NCBI GenBank assembly: GCA_964016885.1 | Contig: OZ024759.1 | Span: 32,426,001 to 32,490,000, forward strand | DNA length: 64,000 nt | Direction of reading: 5' to 3' | Source of the DNA: Eledone cirrhosa | Taxonomy: Eukaryota | Shown here: one piece after another, positions 13,490 through 28,591 of the stretch | Numbering within the stretch: position 1 is the stretch's first letter | How the letters are laid out: each line of letters begins with the position of its first letter | Notes under the pieces: model-generated | Database searches by the model: none | What the model saw: the letters and a program-made list of their open reading frames with translations, nothing else | What the model was told of the DNA's origin: nothing | Position numbers and translations under genes: made by a program

Positions 13490-13696
13490 AAGAGATGTCA
13501 ACATGAATGGACCTATTATTTTTATCTAAAGACATTTTTTCCAATTCCATCCCCTTAGTCTATCTTATTTCTCATTCTTTCTTCTGATGAAGGACTAGCG
13601 TCCGAAACGTTAAAACCTCTTCCTGCTATATCAAGCGTTAATCTAATATATACCTTCCATATACTGTACCGATTGTGTTGTTATTTCTGTTTACCT

Positions 13697-13700
<4 letters not shown>
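13490..13700 (+). mobile_element. Penelope-like pLTR/retrozyme-type repeat with a minimal hammerhead ribozyme (core 13584-13611); copies at 47700-47920, 35085-35170(-) and 1-120(-)
   Basis: tctt-CTGATGA-a-GGAC-tagc-GTCC-GAAA-CG-T-T-aaaa. The 47.8-kb copy has tctt/aaga as stem I. Flanked by TA/TACA repeats. Confidence 0.7.
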
Positions 13701-13728
<28 letters not shown>

Positions 13729-13730
13729 CA

Positions 13731-13766
<36 letters not shown>

Positions 13767-13834
13767 TATTCTGAATTAATATATATATATATTAATTCTG
13801 GCAATATTACACAAATATGACCCTCCCCAACTAT

Positions 13835-13920
<86 letters not shown>

Positions 13921-14089
13921 GTATATATATATATATAATAAAATAAGAGGAGGCTGGACTTGTGTAAATCCTTGAAAGGTTTATTATACTTTCAAAGAAA
14001 CAAAGGATTTTCTTCTGGGTCTCAATTCCCTTCCTAAACATAAACATTTTTCGCTTTAAAATCATCTACTGCACTATATCATATATGTA

Positions 14090-15183
<1,094 letters not shown>

Positions 15184-15184
<1 letters not shown>

Positions 15185-15700
15185 TGTAAGTCTGGATACA
15201 TATATGTATGTACGTATAGATACTTATATTTAAGTAACAGCCGTACTAAGAGTGGGAAATGAAATTTCGTTTCATTTTTTCCGTTTATCGTTTTTGGTGC
15301 ACCCGGCTGATTAACCCACTCGATATGCAAATTAGGCTGCTCAGTCGTTAATACGCATAAGGAAAGTATATACTTTCAGACTTTCACTCATCTGGCAGGA
15401 AGGTATACGTTGCTGACGATAGCTAATAAGCTTGAAACTAGTACAGCGTCCCTTTGTCAGTGTTGAACAAATGAGCAACGATGGTTACTAGACACAGTAC
15501 GGCTTAATTCGGGATGTTTGTTTACAAACACACCGAGCATTATAATAAATGTTCGGTGAATCCATACGTACATATATATATGTGTGCATGTATGTATATA
15601 TATATACATACTACTGTACGTCTGTATACATATATGTATGTACGTATACATACTTATATTTAAGTAACAGCCGTACTAAGAGTGGGAAATGAAATTTCGT
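15184..15700 (+). mobile_element. Repeat with ~75-bp terminal direct repeats and an internal minimal hammerhead ribozyme (15408-15448); second copy at ~29355-29670
   Basis: atacatatatgtatgtacgta...gtgggaaatgaaatttcgt occurs at ~15195-15270 and ~15625-15700. Ribozyme motif: CGTTG-CTGACGA-t-AGCT-aata-AGCT-t-GAAA-CTAG-T-A-CAGCG. Confidence 0.7.
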
Positions 15701-15701
15701 G

Positions 15702-15878
15702 CCATCTCAACTCTACTTTTGAAAAGCAGAAGAACTGCGAAACCGGTAAAGGAACCAAATAAATATATATATTTTTTAAATAAGACTCCAGTTGCATTTT
15801 CGATTTCATCTTTTTTACTTATACTTTCACTCGTGTAGGATACCTCGGTTATTTTTCATTTTGTAAAAAAAACCTCAA

Positions 15879-15885
<7 letters not shown>
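15702..15885 (-). repeat. Inverted copy of 5789-5976
   Basis: Reverse-complement match, followed by (TA)n. Confidence 0.85.
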
Positions 15886-15951
<66 letters not shown>

Positions 15952-16131
15952 TATATAGTTAGGAAAGCAGAAAATTGCTTATTGTAATCCAGTTTCTTGG
16001 ACAGTTCCAACGTACGGTTAGGGGTAACTCCACAAGTATAGCGAAATAAGATTTCGCTTACCAATGAAACAGCCGTAAATACCTGGATAAAATCCTTTTT
16101 TTAATGCTTACTTCTGTTTTCTCTTTTATTC

Positions 16132-16202
<71 letters not shown>

Positions 16203-16205
<3 letters not shown>

Positions 16206-19200
16206 GAAATGGACTGCAGAGGTGAAATTAAAAGCCAGCGAAACTCGTCAAATATGGAACTAGAGGTTTTGAGCAAGGGGTGGAACCTGGTTTATGGGTC
16301 ACCACCAAGCAAAGGTATTGTGGAGACCCTGAAGAACCATAGCTTTCTGAGGACTCTGGCACAGAAAGAAAGAAAAAGAAAAGAAATCGAGAAGTCCTAT
16401 GTCTTCATAGCGCTACATATGGCGATGCTAAGCCGTGTCCTCAAGGAGGAGAAAAACTGGGAGAGAGAAAAAGGAAAAGAAAAAGAAAAGGAAGCAAGCA
16501 CAAGCACGGACCTGAAAGAAAATGAGATACCCGCCGCCACAGTCAGGGAAGGCAGGCCGAGCAACTAACAAACAAACGGTAACGGTGAGAAGCCAAATCA
16601 CATTCCGAAAGAAAACCAAGTAGAGAGGGACCAGTGAACAACTGCAAAGGAATAACAGAAGGCGCCGAGACACTGGGAGCAAGAAAACCCAGGTAACGTG
16701 CAAATTCTTCAGGAACAGGACCTGCTGGCATGGAGAAACAGGGACAGGCTGCAGATTCGCTCACCCCAGTCCCCAAGCGAACTATGCCCATCCTACTCAC
16801 ACAACATGCCCAAGCCAAAACCAAAACCGATGCAAGCTGCCCCAGAAGTATGCGGATGTCGCGCGTGCCACGTTAACAAGGAGAAGGCACGCATATGCCG
16901 ATGAGATACAGATGGCAGCAGCAGAGCAAAAATATTTTTCAGTGATTGCAGAGAAGATTGTGGGACAGCTGACCTGGCTGCATCGTTTTCAGAACCAGGG
17001 TCACTCACACCAGCACTCGAGACCACCACAATTATGGGACCCATAGTAGCCGCCGCTGACACCAAGCCAGGTGTCATACCGACAACTATTGCTTGCACCC
17101 CCAAAAGTCACACCAGTGCTGCTGCTGAATGCTAGAGGCCTGGTGAAACTCACTAACATGAGTAAAATTTCCTACCTTGGAGACTTAGCCATAAGCAATC
17201 AAGCATTATGTATGGCACTAACCGAAACGCACCTGACAAGCAGTATAGCAGATGCGGAAATACATATACCAAAATATACTCTATTTTGTTCGGACAGGAA
17301 GGAGAGAACTCGTGGTGGGGTTTCTCTGTATATCCGTGAAGATGTCACACCAATTGTACTGTTGACACATTCAAACTCAGTCTGTGACACACTGATAGTA
17401 CATTTGAAGCAACTAAAGACAGTAATATGTGTCACATATCGACCGCCCGATGCCCCCAGTCATGAGGGTAAATTTGAGGATAGCCTCAGTAGGATAGAAG
17501 AGGTCCTTGACAACCTGGACCAGGGTCTCAACATTCTACTGCTGGGAGACTTCAACCTGCCAAAGGTCAAATGGCCTGAGGGCCACCTCCTCCCTGGAAT
17601 GACATCAATAGAACAGAGACAGACGGTGACTTTGCTGGCCCTCTCACACAGGCTGTTCATGGAACAAGCAGTACTCTTCCCAACAAGAGGCGATAATGTC
17701 CTAGATCTCTGTTTTACGAACAACGAAGTGCTCATCCACAATGTAAAGGTCATACCAACATTTCTCTCGGATCATAACCTAGTAGAACTAATGATATGTG
17801 GTCCGGGAGAACCAACAGAGACACAACCATCAAGAAGCACTGAGACCTTATCCAGCCTTAACTTCTACAAGGCTAACTGGAAAAAGATCAAGAGGGAAAT
17901 ACGGAAGCAAATATGGAGCGACAACATCACCACACAAGACACCAACACACAATTTCAACACTTCATGACAACGATACAAACTATATACCAAACGTTTGTC
18001 CCGGAGAAAAAGGCCAACAAACACAAAAATCTTATTCCCAGAAATAGGAAAATCCTTATGCGACGAAGAACCAGGCTCTCAAACCAGTTGAATGCACAAG
18101 AAAACAAAAACAAGAAGGAATCCTATTTGAAACGTGCACTACTTGACATCGAGATTGCCCTCAAACTTTCCCATGAAAATGAGAGGGCAAAGAAAGAAAG
18201 CAAGGCCATAGAAAATATTAAAACAAACCCTAAGGCCTTCTTTAAATTTGCAAAAGGGACTGCCTCGGTACACTGCAAGATTGGGACACTCTTCCATAAA
18301 GACAATAAGTGAAATACTGAACGAACAGTACAAAAGTGTGTTCACATGGCCACTGAGGCACATCCAAATAACAAAGCCAGAGGATTTCTTTGATGCCACA
18401 ACACTCCGTGAAGAAATGGCGACCATCAACCACATAGACATAACGGAGGAGGATGTGGTATACGCCATAGATGAAATTAGAACAGACTCAGCTGCTGGAC
18501 CTGATGGATTCCCAGCAGTTCTCTTAAAAACATGTAAACGTGCCTTAGCAACTCCACTGACGACGCTCTTCAGAAGCTCCTTGCTAGCGGTAGACTACCC
18601 AGGGAGCTGAAAGGCACAATATGCCCTATCCATAAAGGAGGTAGCAGAGCGGGGGCCAAAAACAATAGGCCAGTCTCCCTGACGTCACATATCAGTAAGG
18701 TCATGGAGCGAATCATCAGAAAGAAATTGATCACTTTCCTTGAGGAAAATGACCGCCTGACTTAAGGCAATCCAGCGAAGCTACACCAAGATGATTGCGG
18801 CGATGAAGAAGATAAGCTACTGGGAGAGGCTAAAAGAACTGAACCTCTATTCCTTGGAACGAAGACGGGAGAGATACGCAGTGATCTACATGTGGAAAAT
18901 CCTAGAGGTACTAGCACCAAACTTTGGCACTGGGAGCTGGACCAACACCCAAACAGGACGTCACTGTGTGGTGCCAAAGGTTCCGTCTTCTACATCTCGA
19001 ATAAGGAGCAGATATTGCAATAGCCTGGGGTTCAAGGGCCCTCAACTCTTCAACAAGCTGTCGAGGGATCTGAGAGATCTACATGGTGTTGATGTGGATG
19101 TTTTCAAGAAACATCTCGACACCTTCCTATCCAGGATACCGGATGAGCCCGCAGCAAGGCACGAGGGAAACCTAAGGGTAGCAGCAACGAACTCCCTCTT

Positions 19201-19294
19201 GCACCAGTGGCCAACTAATACAGGCTGGAGATAACATGTGTAGCAACAAGGGCGGTGCCCCAGCATGGCTTCAGCTGGATGGCTGGAACCGGTA
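16203..19294 (+). mobile_element. CR1-group LINE inserted in (TA)n: degenerate ORF1, AP endonuclease, partial RT with the core deleted, and the C-terminal region
   Basis: ORF 17071..18312 has APE motifs LLNARGL, ALTETHL, RGGVSLYI, TYRPP, LLGDFNLP, PTRGDNVLDLCFTN and SDHNLV. Further motifs: AAGPDGFP, RPVSLTSHISKVMERII, and the CR1-type tail ERLKELNLYSLERRRER. TA arrays on both sides. Confidence 0.9.
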
Positions 19295-19295
19295 A

Positions 19296-19335
<40 letters not shown>

Positions 19336-19835
19336 TATATACATATCTATCTATCTAGGGCGGGTAAAATTCCCGAGATCCATGGACGAGTTCTCTGCAG
19401 CGGTGTCTGCCCCTCATTATCGCTGCCATGTCCTGCGTCTCCAACAGACCAGTGTCTGTCCTTAGGGCATCAACATACGTTAACCTTGGTCTTCCTCTTC
19501 CAGTGTGTCCATGCAGGAGCTCCCACAGGAGCACTGAGTGCCAACTGTTGGGATCCAAACTCTTTATAATATAACCATGCTGTACTACCCCAAATATCGA
19601 ATACTCTGGTGAGAAATGGTTTAATTTCAAACTGAATCAATCCTGATTTATATTTATATATAAGTAAGAAATAGTTCTGTGTGAGCAAGACATGGTCACC
19701 TGACTCGACTTGCCCCAAACCAGACAACCCGACTAACTCATGCTAGTGTGCAAAAATGGACGTTAAATGGTAACGATAATGATGATATATATATATATAT
19801 ATATGGAAAATTAACATGGAAAATTAACGTTAAAC

Positions 19836-19866
<31 letters not shown>

Positions 19867-19867
19867 A

Positions 19868-19900
<33 letters not shown>

Positions 19901-20089
19901 GAATGGCGTCAGATTAATGTAAGTGAGATGAGAACTATATAGAGTGTAAATTGGTGTATTATTGGCTACTGGAAGTGGTGGTGCTGCAGACTAAAGAGCA
20001 AGTACTAAAGACTGGTGCTTTTCTGAAACCCGGTGTATTTTTACTTTGTTTCATAAGATAGCCTCTCATCAAACGTCTCTTCACCTATA

Positions 20090-20400
20090 TTTGTACAGTA
20101 CATAACAGATGGTTGGCCTGATTCTGGCCAGGACTGTACTGAAAGTGTTCGTGAATATTTCACTTATCATTGTGGCTAAGTGTAGTTGATGGTATTGTCT
20201 GCAAAAACGCGAAGTCAATCGCTAAGTCAATAAGGCCTAAAGTTCTCCGGCTATTACACAAAACCCATCTTGGTGTTACAAAGACTATTCCGGTCCAGAG
20301 AGTGTGTATTCTGGATTAAGATCACACATGAAGTAACAACATTGAAAGTTACCGTGCCTGTCAAGCAACTCACAATAGACAGTGCTCGGAACTTTGCCAT
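20090..20400 (+). mobile_element. Gypsy/Ty3 pol fragment (integrase H2C2 zinc-binding region)
   Basis: Frameshifted YITDGWP...EYF...VVDGIV...KVLRLLHKTHLGVTKT..RSRECVFWIKI...ACQ. Confidence 0.75.
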
Positions 20401-20733
20401 GTACTATTGCTACATATCCATAGTAGACAATTTGCTTAGATATTTGTCAGTTCCGAGGTTTATCTTGTCTAATGGCAGCAGACCATTATAATTATTTTGT
20501 CACAATGAAGACAACCTGCCAACCTCTAAAAACTCAAATGGGGAGTACCATGAAAAACAGTGACCCAAAACGAGGAGAAATGAGGCGAAATGGGGAGATT
20601 TTACGCAATGAAAACTATACCCATTAAAGAAAATTGTATTGAAACACATTTTAAAGAACAAACTCTAAATAAATCTTTCTCTTCTCACCTTTACATCTTG
20701 CCTAGTTATTTGTTTTTCCTAGTACGATACCTT

Positions 20734-20782
<49 letters not shown>

Positions 20783-20819
20783 CGTAAAATAAGAAAATTA
20801 TAAAATTAACTTACTTACT

Positions 20820-20856
<37 letters not shown>

Positions 20857-21129
20857 ACTTATTTGAGTTTTTAACTCAATATATACTTTTGATATATATA
20901 TATAATATCAAACCGTCCATAAAAATTGACGCATTGGATAATATCGTCCTCGATACACTATACCTTATCTGAAAGAAAAAATGTTTAATGGCTACTGACA
21001 CAGAAGGAGGATTAAACTTTAAGAGGAGAGTTTTGACTGTAATATACAAGGGAAATAACTCTCATGGTGAAATGTAAGGAAGGTAACTCTAAAATTACGG
21101 AGTCTGACAGAGGCACATTGCAAACAATT

Positions 21130-21240
21130 TTGGTGGGAAGGCAAGTCGATTAAATCGACCCCAGTACGTTACTGGTACTTTATTTTATCGACCCCATCAG
21201 GATGAAAGGTAAAGCTAACATCGACGGGATTTGATGGTGA
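21130..21240. mobile_element. Fragment of an abundant cephalopod-type SINE; more copies at ~25680-26215, 34720-34805, 41195-41350, 48100-48230, 50690-50795 and 53570-53700
   Basis: Recurrent gtcgattaaatcgaccccagtac...ctggtactttattttatcgacccc...ggatgaaaggcaaag...ctcggcgggatttgaactc. Confidence 0.7.
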
Positions 21241-21354
21241 AATGTTGAACTTCAATTGTTACCGACAACGAGTGTTCCTGTTGAATCTACGAAAGTGCAT
21301 GTTCGAGAAATTAACATATAAGTGGCTGAATATTCCATGGTGACATTGCAGCGT

Positions 21355-21531
21355 TAACCCTTTAGCAATCACTACTCTTTATTAACTATTGTATTTTCAC
21401 GGAAAAGGCTTTATCTCACATAATATCGAATCTACGAGATTTCGTTAATGTCGTTATGAGCGGCCAGTTACGACCTGTTTGAACAGAAAGATGTGAGAGA
21501 AATATGGCCGGTTTAAATGCTAAAGGGTTAA
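21355..21531. mobile_element. piggyBac-like MITE (TTAA-CCCTTTA TIRs); relatives at 26282-26534 and 58022-58238
   Basis: Begins TTAACCCTTTAGCA and ends TGCTAAAGGGTTAA. The internal sequence is shared among the three copies. Confidence 0.7.
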
Positions 21532-22245
21532 GGTAATTTCTAGGGAGATTGAGCATGACAAAGCTGGTCCCTTATATAAGAGGTACAGCGTGAAATAAAG
21601 TGTTTTGCTCAAGGAGACAACCCGTTACCCGACCTAACAAACGAACTCATAACCTTACAAGCATCAAGAGAACAATTTAACCACTAAGTCATACGTTTTT
21701 TTACAGTGAAATTATATTTTTATTATACAGAGCATATAAATAAATTTACAGTAGAATAACAAATATGTTTTAAATATATATATATAAATAACATTACAAA
21801 TGCTCAGATAACATTAAAAATTGCTCGCGATTCTTTCAGAAAGATATATTCTTTTAATGGATATTCTTTTAATGGATATTCTTTTAATGGATATTCTTTT
21901 AGTGGATATTAAAGAAAATGTAAAGGAAGAGGTGAACAATAGAGCCAACACGAGCAAAAGACAGCAGCCAGGAGTACCGGGTAACCTCTCTAATGATTTA
22001 ATACGTTTTGGGATTATTTGAAGCAGTGATTCACTAAATAGATGTTACTAGGACATTTGGTATTACGGGGAGACATTAACGGTTTGTCTTGTTTATTCTC
22101 TTCATTTTCGTTTTTTTTTTTTTTACTTGGACTACCTTTTATTTTCTATATCTATCCTTTGTCATCCTGTCTCTATTTTTGTACTCTCGAAGAAGAACTC
22201 TCTTTCCCCTTTTCCATATAAAGATAACTTTGTTAGTATTATATA

Positions 22246-22356
22246 TAGAGGGTGTCCCCCGCAAAAAAAAAAATGGATAAACACTTTGATTACCTGTACA
22301 GGCAATATTTATTAGAATACTGTTGAAGTGTGTATACATTTTTGGGGACACCCTGT
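22246..22356. mobile_element. Tc1/mariner-type MITE (TA-CAGGGTGTCCC TIR); copies at 31569-31671 and 36130-36233, related copy at 29875-29955
   Basis: gggtgtccc...ggggacaccctgta termini with the shared core aatattgcctgtacaggtaatcaaagtg. Confidence 0.75.
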
Positions 22357-22975
22357 ATTTTAATGTTTATAAAACACACAGACTTAAGTAAAACAGTAAA
22401 ACATAATGAACTTCAAAGTACAAACAAAGCTATTACGGATCGATTAACGGTCTACTTAGCTCTAGAATCGGAAAAAATCAATCAACTATACTCAGAAATG
22501 ATTTTATCAGTAAATTTATAAAAAGATACCTCCATCGATTTCAGTGAGAAATAATGTTTTCCCCTCGTTTGTGTGCGTCATTAAAGGTTTAATCTAGAAC
22601 CTCTATACTTGAGTACATTCCTCCATTTAACTAAAAACAAAAAAAGGAAAGCCTAATTTCCAACAGATTTGAAGGCCATATTCTTTAAAAACACATCAAA
22701 CACTACAGGAAAAACCTCCTTTTGTTTTTTATTAATTGTTTTTATATGCATGTGTATATAATGTCTATTTACGTTTGCGTGTGGATGTATATCATTATCA
22801 TCATCGTTTAACGTGTTTTCCACCCTAGCATGGGTTAGACGAGTTGAACTATGGTGAGATAGGCCAGGTCAGGTGACCATGTCTTGCTCATGCAGTACTG
22901 TTTCTGGCTTGGCTTCTATGGCTGGATGTCATTCCTAACGTCAACCACTTTAAAGTGTGGACTGGGTGCTTTTTG

Positions 22976-23013
<38 letters not shown>

Positions 23014-23029
23014 AGGTAATTCCGAAGAA

Positions 23030-23280
23030 AAAGCAAAGGAAAAAAGAGTGCTCTATGTATAGAGCAGAGCTATTTAATTAGAAAGTGTACAACATTATAT
23101 AACTACTCCATTACCAAAGGTTTCTGTATCACAGACAATATTGATATACGTCTGGATCGGTCGTCAGACAGAGATGTTATCTGTCTGATAAACAATCCAG
23201 CCATATATTAATATTGTCTGGGATCCAGAAACCTTTGTTAATGGAGTAGTTATATATTGTGTTGTTAACTTTCTAATTAT
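23030..23280. mobile_element. Fold-back element (~200-bp palindrome + tail) in (TA)n with a hammerhead-like motif on the minus strand (23106-23173)
   Basis: The arms taattagaaagt...acagagat and atctgtctg...actttctaatta are mirror images. Minus strand reads CTCTGT-CTGACGA-(stem)-GAAA-CC-ttt-GG-T-A-ATGGAG. Confidence 0.7.
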
Positions 23281-23289
23281 ATATATATA

Positions 23290-24055
23290 TCATCATCATC
23301 ATCTTCGTTTAACGTCCATTTTCCACGCTAGCATGGGTTAGACGGGAGTTGTCCCACTTGAGGCAAGGCTGGTCGGGTGACCGTGTCTCGCTCATATAGG
23401 ACTATCTGGCAGGTTTTCTACGGCTGGATGCCCTTCCTAACACCAACCACATTTCCAGTGTGGAACTGGGAACTTTTTACCGTGTTACCTACACGGCCAC
23501 ATTACAGCGTGGACTGTGTGTTTTTTTTTTGTCGTGACACCTTCATGAACTTGATCTCATTTTCTCGTGCTGTTGGTGGTAGTGGGAGGATAGGGTAGGG
23601 GTAGTAGATTGGGGTGTATATTTGGTTAAGAGGTGCCTACTGACTGTAGGTTTCGCTTTGTACATAGGCATGGCAGGTCTTCTGTATTACTACGTAACGC
23701 CAAAGGTCTCGGTCCAGAGACATTGTCTTAGAGAGATGTAAGTGTGTAAGGTCGGAATTTATCAGATCATCCCAGGTTTTTCTGGGTCTACCTACTCCGA
23801 AACTACCATCAATTTTGATCGCCCTGCACTTTTTTATGCAGCTGTGATCTTTCATGCGCATCACATGGCCATACCAACGTAGTCTTGTCTCAAGTAAACA
23901 GCATCTGATCTCTCTTATTCCTAATTTCTCACTTAGTTCATTTATGCTTTGCCGTTCACGTATATTACTATTACACATCCAATGGAGCATGCATGCTTCG
24001 TTCCTTTCCAGTCTACGCAGGTCATCTGCACGTAATGCCCATGTCTCACTGCCAT
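23290..24055 (-). mobile_element. RTE-clade LINE 3' fragment with (GAT)n tail; related copies at 57088-57830(-), 40605-40890(-), 47255-47435(+) and 22795-22975(-)
   Basis: MLHWMCN...[11 protein letters not shown]...GRPRKTW is the typical RTE C-terminus. The 3' UTR ends in ggacgttaaac(gat)n. Confidence 0.85.
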
Positions 24056-24065
24056 TATATTTAAT

Positions 24066-24475
24066 TTGTTGGGATTCAACAAGCTTAAAAATTGTTATAA
24101 CTGATATAAAGCACTCAACAGATAGTGAAGTAAATATACAATATATTAATAAATGGAAACTTTATAAAACCATAATTATTTTATTATATATATTTCAAGG
24201 GCGACCAAGGTAAATTATGGTGCGCTTTCATCAGATAAAATACAGATTTCAACCTCAACGGTTGAAATTCGCTGGATAGTCAGATAGACTATCCAGAGAA
24301 TTTCAACTGTTGAGGTTGTCTTTTTTCCGGGTATGTCAATATTTATTTATAAAACAAATCTGTATTTTATCTGATGAAAGCGCACCACAATTTACCTTGG
24401 TCGCCCTTGAAATATATATAATAAAATAATTATGGTTTTATAAATATAGTTTCCATTTATTAATATATTGTATAT
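24066..24475. mobile_element. Fold-back element (~340-bp palindrome + tail) with hammerhead-like cores on both strands
   Basis: CTGATGA at 24371 (+) and its mirror tcatcag at 24228-24234. Stem I TATTTTAT/ATAAAATA; GAAA at 24409. Nested central hairpin. Same family as 43553-43980. Confidence 0.7.
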
Positions 24476-26641
24476 ATATATGGTGGCAAATCAAAAGAAA
24501 GTTATATATATATATATATATATATACATACAAATAATGAATCAAAACATCAATGGACTTTATCTAGAGCCATAATAACCAAATGAAAAATATATATGTC
24601 TATATATAGAGAGAGAAATAGTCATATATTGTATAAGAAATACAGTATATTATATATATACCAAATACATATTCTATAGAAGAATATGTGTACACATGCA
24701 TGCATCATCATCATTTTACGTTTGCTTTTCCCTGCTTGCAAGGGTGGGACGGGAACTGATTCTCGCTTGATTTCTACAGCTGATGCCCTTCCTAACACCA
24801 ACCTCATTTACAGTGAGTGCTGGGTGCTTTTTTTCCGTAGTACCTACACGTCCACTTTACAGTGTGGGCTAGGTGCTTTTTTTTTTGCCGTGGCACCTCC
24901 ACGACCACTTTACAGTGGAATGATATGGACCCCAGTCCCTATCATCTCATTTCTACAAGTAAATAAACTGAAGCAATGTGAAATAAAGTGTCTTGCTCAA
25001 GGAAATAACACATCACCCGGTCTGAGAATTGAACTCACAACCTTTCGATTGCAAGGCCAATGCTCTAACCACTAAGCCATGCGCCATGTGTGTGTATATA
25101 TAAATGTATTGACCATGAGCTTGGCTGGTCTCACCTGGCGATTCAGCCGGATCAATTAGAGACCGTTGCTTCTGACAGGACCTGTTGGAAGGCATGCTTA
25201 AGGACTCTGCCTCCACAACACCCCCAGGAATAAGTGGGTGAAGAAAATGATGATGATGATGACCAGCTAGCAATTTTATAAAACCTCTGAAAGAATAAAG
25301 CAATGATAATGATTAAATCATGCAAAACCATTTTACTGGCCTGAGAGCTGATGAAGGTGAAAATGTGTCTTGAATATCACCTTTCTTTATTTCCTTCTTC
25401 CAGTCACTTCTGTGTATCAACACACTTCTCCTTGTTCTCCCCCCTCTTTCAATCTTTTCTATATTACATCTACCTGTCACCCACCTTGTGGATTATTTCT
25501 CTGTCAACCACTGGTCGCTGGTCTCTGTCCTCTGAGGCTTATTTGCCCATTGCTGTCTTTGACAGCATTTAGCTGTTTTAATGGCTGTTCTAGCGATCAG
25601 TTTTCATATGTATTCAAATACATTCTTGCTTCATCTCGATCAGAGACAACATTGTTTTAATAATAATGATTTTTAATTAAGACACAACACCAGTAATTTG
25701 TTGGGAAGGGAAAGTCAATTATTTTGACCCCAGTATATAACCGGTATTTTATTTTAACAACCCTAGAAAGATGAAAAGCAAAATTAATGTCGCAAGATGT
25801 ACAAACTTAAAGCTAGTTAGTTAGGCACCTCTTATAAATACTGTAATGACATCTTATCTGACACTCTAGCAATTCTGCAGGTCCTCCACCGCCCTAGGAA
25901 AGATTTCAGATTTAGGCTCAAGGCCAGTAAAATTTAGGGAGAAAGAAGGAAGTCGATCATATAGACCCTAATACATAGCTGGTACTTTATTAAATTGAAT
26001 TTGGGAGGATGAAAAACAAAGTTGACCTCAGTGGGATTTGAACTCAGAACATTGCAAAGCATTTTGTCTGACACTCAAATAATAATAATAATTGTTTCTA
26101 CTTTAGGCACAAGGCCAGCAATTACCCAGGGCATTACTGGTACTTTATTTTATCGACCCTGTAAGGATGAAAGGTAAGCTAACCTCGGCGGGATTTGAAC
26201 TCAGAACGTAAAGGGCTATAACTCTATGCTGAATTGACCGCCTAATAATAAAAGTTCATGGAATGTGTCAAAAATTATAAATTAACTCTTTAGTATTTAA
26301 ACCGGCCATATTTGGTCAGAATTCTCCCACCTCTTTCTGTTTAAACCGGCCAGATTTGGTCAGAATTCTCCCACCTCTTTCTGTTTAAACCAGCTGTAAA
26401 TGGTCGCTAATACTGATCTTAAGGTATTGTTCTCAATAAATAATATAAAAATCTCATAGATTAGATATTATGTGAGATAAAGCTTTTACCATGAAAATAT
26501 AATAGTATATATAGAGTAAATATTAAAGGGTTAAGAACTTTTAAAATAAGCCTTTATTTGTCTGGATATCTTTGTTATTTGATAGGGTATGGGGTGAGTA
26601 TCTGTGTGAGACAGGGGAGGAAGTAGTTGGATGGGTGTAGA

Positions 26642-26946
26642 CTATGTTTCAATTTCATATCGAAGGGGTATAGTAAAGTTCTGAATCTTTCCATGACCCC
26701 ATACCTGTAAAGTTTGAGGATGAAGTTCAACAGTAGCAAAGCAGGTAGTGTCTGGTGATGCTTCGATAACTCCGGGGTAGGTGATGTGGTATATACCTGC
26801 AGAATCTTTGGCAGAGCCACCCTGGTGCTCGTGTCCAGCAAAGTAAGCTACTACACACTTGAAACGAGAAATTAACTGGAGCACGGAAGAATGGTCCCAG
26901 CAGAGACTTTGGATGTTACAGGAATCTTCAAAGACTGGACAGTGAC
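26642..26946 (-). CDS. ADPRM: ADPRM (Mn-dependent ADP-ribose/CDP-alcohol diphosphatase), last coding exon
   Basis: Acceptor ttccatag|GT at 26947/26946. Translates GHCP...CVVAYFAGHEHQGG...GIYHITYPGVIE (metallophosphoesterase GHxH motif). Stop at 26642-26644. Confidence 0.9.
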
Positions 26947-27160
26947 CTATGGAAACAAACAGAACCATTTATATATATAAAATGTGTGTATATATATATA
27001 GTTATGTAATAAACAACATATGTTGTTTATTACATAACTATTAAGCTCTGTTACCTACATAGAGCACTCTTTTTTCCTGGACTTTTCCGACGGAATTACT
27101 TCATTTATATATATATATATAAATTACAGAATAATCAAAACTATGTTCAAAACATTTTAT

Positions 27161-27207
27161 TGCTGACAATCGTTTCTTCCAAACTTTCGTTTGGAATCAT
27201 TGGAGCA
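27161..27207 (-). ncRNA. Hammerhead-ribozyme relic in the ADPRM intron (sense to ADPRM); core mutated
   Basis: TGCT-CCAATGA-TTCCAAAC-gaaa-GTTTGGAA-GAAA-CGATTG-TC-AGCA: stem I, 8-bp stem II with a GNRA loop, GUC site; CUGAUGA is changed to CCAAUGA. Confidence 0.55.
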
Positions 27208-27419
27208 CTAGCAAAGTTTAGACATATAATTAACCTCCTATTCCATAGAACAATCGTAAAGATACGTAGATATTAGTGTTGTCATTAACAGTGTCATATT
27301 TAAAGAGTGGAGATGATGTGGTCAGTATCAGTGGATGCGACAAAGATTATAAAAGAATAATACAACAATTATAGAGGAATTAAAGAAGAAAGTTACTCGT
27401 AAAACGAGGACATTAGCAA

Positions 27420-28535
<1,116 letters not shown>

Positions 28536-28591
28536 ACAAGATAGGTTTCAACAGAGTTTGTCGACTAAAGTCTAAATTTGACTAAACTTAC

